From Pirellulales bacterium (GTDB lineage: Bacteria > Planctomycetota > Planctomycetia > Pirellulales > UBA1268), in assembly GCA_040880915.1 (NCBI GenBank), contig JBBEEF010000041.1:1-42120 (forward strand): DNA of 42,120 nucleotides. The letters are read 5' to 3'. This document shows positions 38,205 through 42,120 of the stretch, piece by piece. The notes beneath the pieces are model-generated. The model was not told the DNA's origin. It made no database searches and was given only the letters and a program-made list of their open reading frames with translations. A program made the translations under genes and the position numbers. Position 1 is the stretch's first letter, and the number at the start of each line of letters is the position of its first letter.

Positions 38205-38783
38205 CTATTCCCACGTGGCATCGACCCACTTCCGCAGGCCGGGAGCCAACCGCCCCATCGCTACCCTGCCTGGCCGGCCGACCACCGTGAGGCTCGCCGG
38301 GGCATCGAAACCGAGGGCGAGGACGGCCGAAGGCGGGCCGGCCTCGCTGTCTTCCAGGTGCAATTCACGGTCCCAGAAGGCCAGGGCCATGCCCCACGCC
38401 GACGGGTCGAGGCGGTCTGCCACTTCTCCCCCGGCGGCCGGGTCGGGCCAGTGGTAATTGACGTCCTCGATCAGGCCGCGGCGGAGATGGACCAGGCCTG
38501 AAGCTGCCGACACGTCCTGCCGGGCGGCCACCCGCAGTCCGCTCGCGGCCGGCTCCAAACGCCAGAGTTCCACACGGCTCGCAGCCTGGATCTGCCGGGC
38601 GACCTCAGGCCCAAAAAACGCGAGGCAGCGGCGGGTCTGCCCCCATTGAAACCAGACCGCAAACACCCCCAACACCGCTGCCAGCAGCACAACACCCACA
38701 ACCACGGCGGTCCCGGTGCCGCTGACGGCAGTGGCCTTGGGCGAGGGGGCAGACGCTGCCTTCATGAACTTCGGGTCCTGCAT
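38205..38783 (-). CDS. Hypothetical single-pass membrane protein, 192 aa
   Basis: TM segment AVVVGVVLLAAVLGVFAVWFQW, followed by a soluble domain rich in W, D and E. Codirectional with, and 100 nt upstream of, the ParA-like gene. Confidence 0.55.
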   Translation of the reverse strand: MQDPKFMKAASAPSPKATAVSGTGTAVVVGVVLLAAVLGVFAVWFQWGQTRRCLAFFGPEVARQIQAASRVELWRLEPAASGLRVAARQDVSAASGLVHLRRGLIEDVNYHWPDPAAGGEVADRLDPSAWGMALAFWDRELHLEDSEAGPPSAVLALGFDAPASLTVVGRPGRVAMGRLAPGLRKWVDATWE

Positions 38784-38900
38784 GCCGGCGGGGCAGGCTC
38801 TCGATCGGCCCGGCTTTGCCGCCCGCCACAGCGGGTGCTTTGACGGCTATAGTAGCCTGGTTGTCGCTACCGTCTTTCTCTTTTCCGGGACTATTTGGAC

Positions 38901-39128
38901 ATGGCCACTTCTTTCGACTCCTACCGTGATGCGCTCGTTGTCGAGCACCACACGATTTGGTCGGCCGACTACGAGGACTGGTCGGCCAACGACAAGGCCC
39001 GCGTGGAGCACCTGCTGCACGCCAGCCCGGCCGACGCCGCCGAGGTCGAGTATCTCCGGCAGCACACAGGCTTTGCTCGGGTCATCACGGTCACTCCGGC
39101 CGATCTCGAGCGGGTGAGCGTCTCCTGA
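38901..39128 (+). CDS. Hypothetical small acidic protein (75 aa), translationally coupled to aroB
   Basis: MATSFDSYRDALVVEHHTIWSADYEDWSANDKARVEHLLH... Its TGA ends 2 nt before the aroB GTG. ORF-track start 38895 is TTG; the ATG is at 38901. Confidence 0.5.
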   Translation: MATSFDSYRDALVVEHHTIWSADYEDWSANDKARVEHLLHASPADAAEVEYLRQHTGFARVITVTPADLERVSVS

Positions 39129-39130
39129 CT

Positions 39131-40231
39131 GTGACCACGATCCGCGTCCATTTACCGGGCGATGCGGCCGACCGCTCCTACGACATCCTCTGCGGGAGTG
39201 GCGTGGTCTGTGCCATCGGTCCGCTGCTCTATGCGGCTGGGGTTCGCCGGGCCGTTGTGGTCGCCGACGCGGCGGTGGCTGCCTCGCACGGGAAGAGCGT
39301 GGCGGTGTCGACAGCCGCCGCCGGCGTCGACGTGCACATGCTCACCATTCCCGCGGGCGAGTCCTCGAAGTCGATTCGCGTACTCGGTGAATTGTGGGAC
39401 GATCTGGCCAGGCTGGCCGTTGATCGGGGCACCCACGTCGTGGCCGTCGGAGGCGGGGTTGTCGGCGACCTAGCCGGCTTCGCCGCGGCCACGTTCGCCC
39501 GTGGCCTTCCCGTCTGGCACGTGCCGACCACGCTCGTGGCCCAGGTCGATAGCGCCATCGGGGGTAAGACCGGGATCAATCTGGCGGGGGGCAAAAACCT
39601 CGTAGGCTGCTTCTGGCAGCCCCGCGGCGTTGTGGCCGACATTGACACCCTCGGCACGCTGCCGGAGCGGGAATTCAAAAGCGGCCTGGCCGAGGTCGTA
39701 AAATATGGCGTGATCCTCGACCCGGAGTTCTTTGCCTGGCTCGAAGACCATGCCGCCAGCCTTCTGGCCCGACAGGGGCCAGAACTGGCCTACGCGGTCG
39801 AGCGATCCGCTGCCCTCAAGGCTGGCGTTGTGGAGCAAGACGAACGGGAAACCTCGGGGCTGCGGGCCGCGCTCAACTACGGCCACACCTTCGCCCACGC
39901 ATACGAGACCGCCACCGGCTATGGCACGCTTCTTCACGGCGAGGCCGTGGCGATCGGAATGGGGCGGGCAGCCCGGCTGGCGGCCGCCATGGGCCGGATC
40001 GAGAGCGAGGTGGTCGGGCGGCAGGACCGGCTTCTGGCCCGGCTTGAACTGCCCATCTCCCCTGCCGGCCTTGGGCCGCTCGAGATAACTCGACTCATCG
40101 AGATCATGGGCCGAGATAAGAAGACAACCGGCGGCCGGTTGAGGTTCGTACTCCCGACCCGGATCGGCCACGTGGAACTCGTGGACGGGGTCGATAAGGC
40201 CCTGGTCCACCAGGTGTTGGGAGCTCCCTGA
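39131..40231 (+). CDS. aroB: 3-dehydroquinate synthase
   Basis: ...VVAVGGGVVGDLAGFAAATFARGLPVWHVPTTLVAQVDSAIGGKTGINL...GLAEVVKYG...LNYGHTFAHA...HGEAVAIGM. GTG 39131 was chosen because the upstream part of ORF 38957..40231 overlaps the small ORF in another frame. Confidence 0.9.
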   Translation: MTTIRVHLPGDAADRSYDILCGSGVVCAIGPLLYAAGVRRAVVVADAAVAASHGKSVAVSTAAAGVDVHMLTIPAGESSKSIRVLGELWDDLARLAVDRGTHVVAVGGGVVGDLAGFAAATFARGLPVWHVPTTLVAQVDSAIGGKTGINLAGGKNLVGCFWQPRGVVADIDTLGTLPEREFKSGLAEVVKYGVILDPEFFAWLEDHAASLLARQGPELAYAVERSAALKAGVVEQDERETSGLRAALNYGHTFAHAYETATGYGTLLHGEAVAIGMGRAARLAAAMGRIESEVVGRQDRLLARLELPISPAGLGPLEITRLIEIMGRDKKTTGGRLRFVLPTRIGHVELVDGVDKALVHQVLGAP

Positions 40232-40279
40232 GCGCTGACTCTGGGCGGCATGGCGAGCGCGGGATGGCCTTCGGACCCC

Positions 40280-40390
40280 GAGTCCCCGGGCTAGCGCCCG
40301 GGGCTTTTACGAGTCCCCGGGCTAGCGCCCGGGGCTTTTATAAGGTCCGAATCACCGGCATAAAAGCCCCGGGCGCGAGCCCGGGGACTG
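40280..40390. repeat. REP-like 30-bp hairpin element: two direct copies and one inverted copy
   Basis: gagtccccgggctagcgcccggggctttta at 40280..40309 and 40311..40340. An inverted near-identical copy (taaaagccccgggcgcgagcccggggactg) sits at 40361..40390. Copies 2 and 3 can form a roughly 30-bp super-hairpin. Confidence 0.9.
40284..40309 (+). terminator. Intrinsic-terminator-like hairpin after aroB
   Basis: CCCCGGGC-tagc-GCCCGGGG (perfect 8-bp GC stem) followed by CTTTTA. It is also the first copy of the repeat family described in the next feature. Confidence 0.55.
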
Positions 40391-40456
40391 CGGCTCGGCG
40401 CACCGCCCGGCGACGCCCAGCCACAACGCGGCGCCGACTCTAAAAACCTCCACCTG

Positions 40457-40541
40457 CGGGGGGTGGGGGTGGAGCGATTCGCTCCACCCCTGGTCGCTAG
40501 CGACCAGCGCGCTGGAGCGATTCGCTCCACCCCCCACCAGA
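40457..40541. repeat. Compound nested palindrome
   Basis: Two copies of the self-complementary tggagcgattcgctcca(cccc), at 40470..40490 and 40513..40533, flank a perfect 18-bp palindrome ctggtcgctagcgaccag (40490..40507). Outer G-run and C-run arms make the whole block an imperfect dyad of about 85 bp. Confidence 0.9.
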
Positions 40542-41022
40542 GGAGCCACCTGTCGACAGCCATGCGAAATCAAGAAAACACTTGTTTTTAAGCATTTCCT
40601 GAGGTCGCCCGATTTTTCCTTCCCGGCCGAAGAGTCTGGCACGCCACGTGCATGTCTTTGAGAACAGAGGCGGGGCGTCCCCCGTGCTCGCCGGTCGCCT
40701 GCGACCGGATCTGGCTGGGATCAAACAACACGCTCGTGACGGCCTTTCTCCCGAGAGGTCATCGCGGCCCTGGAGTCCGCTCATGAATCCGAACTCGTGC
40801 CCCACCACCGCAATGGTTCGTCGCGGCTGGTCACTGACGCAGGCCGACGTCTTGTTCTGCACCCTGCCCATTCTGTTGTTCATGTCGATCGTATCGCTCG
40901 TCTGATCCGCCTCGGGCGTCAGATGAAGGTTGTCGCATCGATTTTTAAAGCCAGTGATTCCCACTCGCCAGGTCGCCTCTCTTCTTTCAATTTTTCTTAT
41001 CCGAATATTTTGGAGTCTCACC

Positions 41023-41490
41023 ATGCGTCGCTCTCTGATTCAGCCGTGCCTTCAGGGCTTGGTGTTCGTGATGCCTGTTGTGGTGCTGGTGGCCGCCGGC
41101 CCAGCAGTCGGTGAAGAGAGTTTTTTCGGTGGCAGTGGCGGCATCGTCGAAGGGCTCGCCGTGTTCGGTGATCTCGAGCCGGCTGGAGCGATTGAGCCGT
41201 CAACCCCGTCCCTGACGCTGGCTGCAACCATTCCGATGAAGCAGGCGATGACGCGGCAGTCGGTTCCCGCCCGGGATCGGGCGGTGTCGTATCGCGGCTC
41301 CGAGGTGTTTGCCCTTTCGAAGACCGCCATGCCGCTTCTGGTCGCGGATCTCGAGCCCCGAGGGGTCTCGGTTGCACGGCCGATGTCCGGTCGTTCCGTC
41401 GGTGCCCGCCCCTCGGCAGCCTGGACCAAGTCGCTGCCGACGCTTTCTGAATCAGCAACGCCGTCCCGCGCATCGACCACGCAGTGGTAA
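41023..41490 (+). CDS. Hypothetical small secreted protein (155 aa)
   Basis: ATG 41023 has GGAG 7 nt upstream. Signal-like MRRSLIQPCLQGLVFVMPVVVLVAAGPAVG. Internal DLEPxG motif occurs twice. No family recognised. Confidence 0.45.
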   Translation: MRRSLIQPCLQGLVFVMPVVVLVAAGPAVGEESFFGGSGGIVEGLAVFGDLEPAGAIEPSTPSLTLAATIPMKQAMTRQSVPARDRAVSYRGSEVFALSKTAMPLLVADLEPRGVSVARPMSGRSVGARPSAAWTKSLPTLSESATPSRASTTQW

Positions 41491-41563
41491 CTGGTTCGGC
41501 CCGTTGTAACGCTCCTTTCAAGCTTTCACTCGACAATCCTCAGCCCCCCTCCAGGAAGTCATC

Positions 41564-42058
41564 ATGAATCTCTCCCTTCCCTCCTTCGGTGAACGCAGCC
41601 TGCGGTCAGTGGGCATCAACGAGATCGTGATTGTCGATTCGGTCTGCGACCAGTACGCCGACTTTGTGCAGGCCGCTCGGGCTGGCGACGTAGGGCTGCA
41701 CTTCTGTGTCGACGGCCGGTCGGCGGTTCGGCTGTCACGTCGGTTCCGCGCTGATGTCTGGCTTGTGGCATCAGAGCTTCCCGATATGTCGGGCTTTGAT
41801 TTGCTTGAGATGCTCTCGCCGCACGTACTGCAGGGGAGTGTTGATCCGCTGCTGGCGGGCTCCCGGATCTCGCTCGATCGGATCGGTCACGGGATGCGAT
41901 CTGGCATCTTCGTCGTGTCAGATGCCTACCGTCTCGAAGAGGAACAGCGAGCGCTGGCCTCCGGCGTGGCAGGGTATCTCGTCCGACCGATCACGCTCGA
42001 CATCATTCGCTCCACCAGGGCTCCGGCGACGGAAGAGTGCGTCACGGTTTGTTCCTGA
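41564..42058 (+). CDS. Receiver-domain-like protein lacking the phospho-acceptor Asp (pseudo-receiver), stand-alone
   Basis: CheY-like blocks: IVIVDS (beta1), DVWLVASELPDMSGFDLLEML (beta3/alpha3, with Ala or Ser where the Asp is expected), IFVVSD (beta4), GVAGYLVRPITLDII (beta5, with Arg in place of the conserved Lys). Confidence 0.55.
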   Translation: MNLSLPSFGERSLRSVGINEIVIVDSVCDQYADFVQAARAGDVGLHFCVDGRSAVRLSRRFRADVWLVASELPDMSGFDLLEMLSPHVLQGSVDPLLAGSRISLDRIGHGMRSGIFVVSDAYRLEEEQRALASGVAGYLVRPITLDIIRSTRAPATEECVTVCS

Positions 42059-42120
42059 GGTTTGCTCCTGAGGTTTGCTCCTGAGGTTTGCTCCTGAGGT
42101 TTGCTCCTGAGGTTTGCTCC
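42046..42120. repeat. 13-bp tandem repeat array (ggtttgctcctga), at least 5.8 copies, truncated by the window edge
   Basis: One imperfect unit at 42046..42058 contains the stop codon of the preceding gene. Four perfect units follow (42059..42110), then a 10-nt partial unit at the edge. The period is not a multiple of 3 and every unit contains TGA. Confidence 0.95.

Noticed and set aside
40457-40470. G-rich run (GGGGGGTGGGGGTGG) as a G-quadruplex candidate.
   Set aside because: Only three G-tracts are present. The run is better explained as one arm of the large imperfect dyad, pairing with CCACCCCCCACC at 40527..40538.
40497-41024. 175-aa minus-strand ORF, and the 85-aa plus-strand ORF at 40648..40905, in the region between the palindromes and the secreted-protein gene.
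   Set aside because: No start context and no recognisable motifs. The minus-strand ORF runs through the palindromic repeats, and the region has lower GC like a regulatory spacer. It is more likely non-coding.
42046-42120. Possible CRISPR array: the 13-bp tandem units here, or the 30-bp hairpin repeats at 40280..40390.
   Set aside because: The 13-bp units are contiguous with no spacers and are far shorter than CRISPR repeats. The 30-bp units occur only three times, in mixed orientation, with 1-20 nt between them. No cas genes are present.
1-42120. tRNA, rRNA, tmRNA or other classic RNA genes, and mobile elements.
   Set aside because: Scanning the few non-coding gaps by eye, I found no T-loop-like GGTTCGAATCC context with matching acceptor stems, no rRNA-like stretches, and no transposase, integrase or recombinase ORFs. 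A covariance-model scan would be needed to exclude small RNAs.

Overview
GC-rich bacterial chromosomal window. It is probably from Planctomycetota; that is an inference from a DUF1549/DUF1553 (PSCyt2/PSD1) plus DUF1501 gene pair, an S10-spc-alpha cluster lacking L30 and infA, and many lineage-style extensions on ribosomal proteins. Almost everything from 1 to 38.8 kb is coded on the minus strand.

Gene order, reading the minus strand from right to left:
- a membrane-anchored hypothetical and an orphan ParA-type ATPase
- a 576-aa unknown protein, then rpmA, obg and coaX
- rsfS, argS and a stand-alone EF-G
- a plus-strand NhaR-like LysR regulator, divergent from an ABC / HlyD adaptor / TolC-like tripartite exporter cluster
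- the full S10-spc-alpha ribosomal superoperon: rpsJ through rplQ, including secY, adk, map, rpmJ and rpoA
- the PSCyt2/PSD1 and DUF1501 pair, a MATE efflux gene, and the 5' part of speA

The right end, on the plus strand, carries a small ORF coupled to aroB, a cluster of REP-like palindromic repeats, a small secreted protein, a receiver-like protein lacking the phospho-acceptor Asp, and a 13-bp tandem array running off the window edge.

I saw no rRNA, tRNA, CRISPR array, transposase or integrase.

Most interesting observations:
1. The tripartite exporter's only ABC subunit has every ATPase motif degenerate and carries a His-rich (HAAG)4 tail.
2. uL24 has a CxxC...CxxC insertion.
3. An orphan ParA sits next to uncharacterised proteins where rplU would normally be.
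4. The pseudo-receiver gene is followed by the 13-bp tandem array, with nested palindromes nearby.

All product calls rest on reading the supplied translations and my own hand translations. No database search was run.
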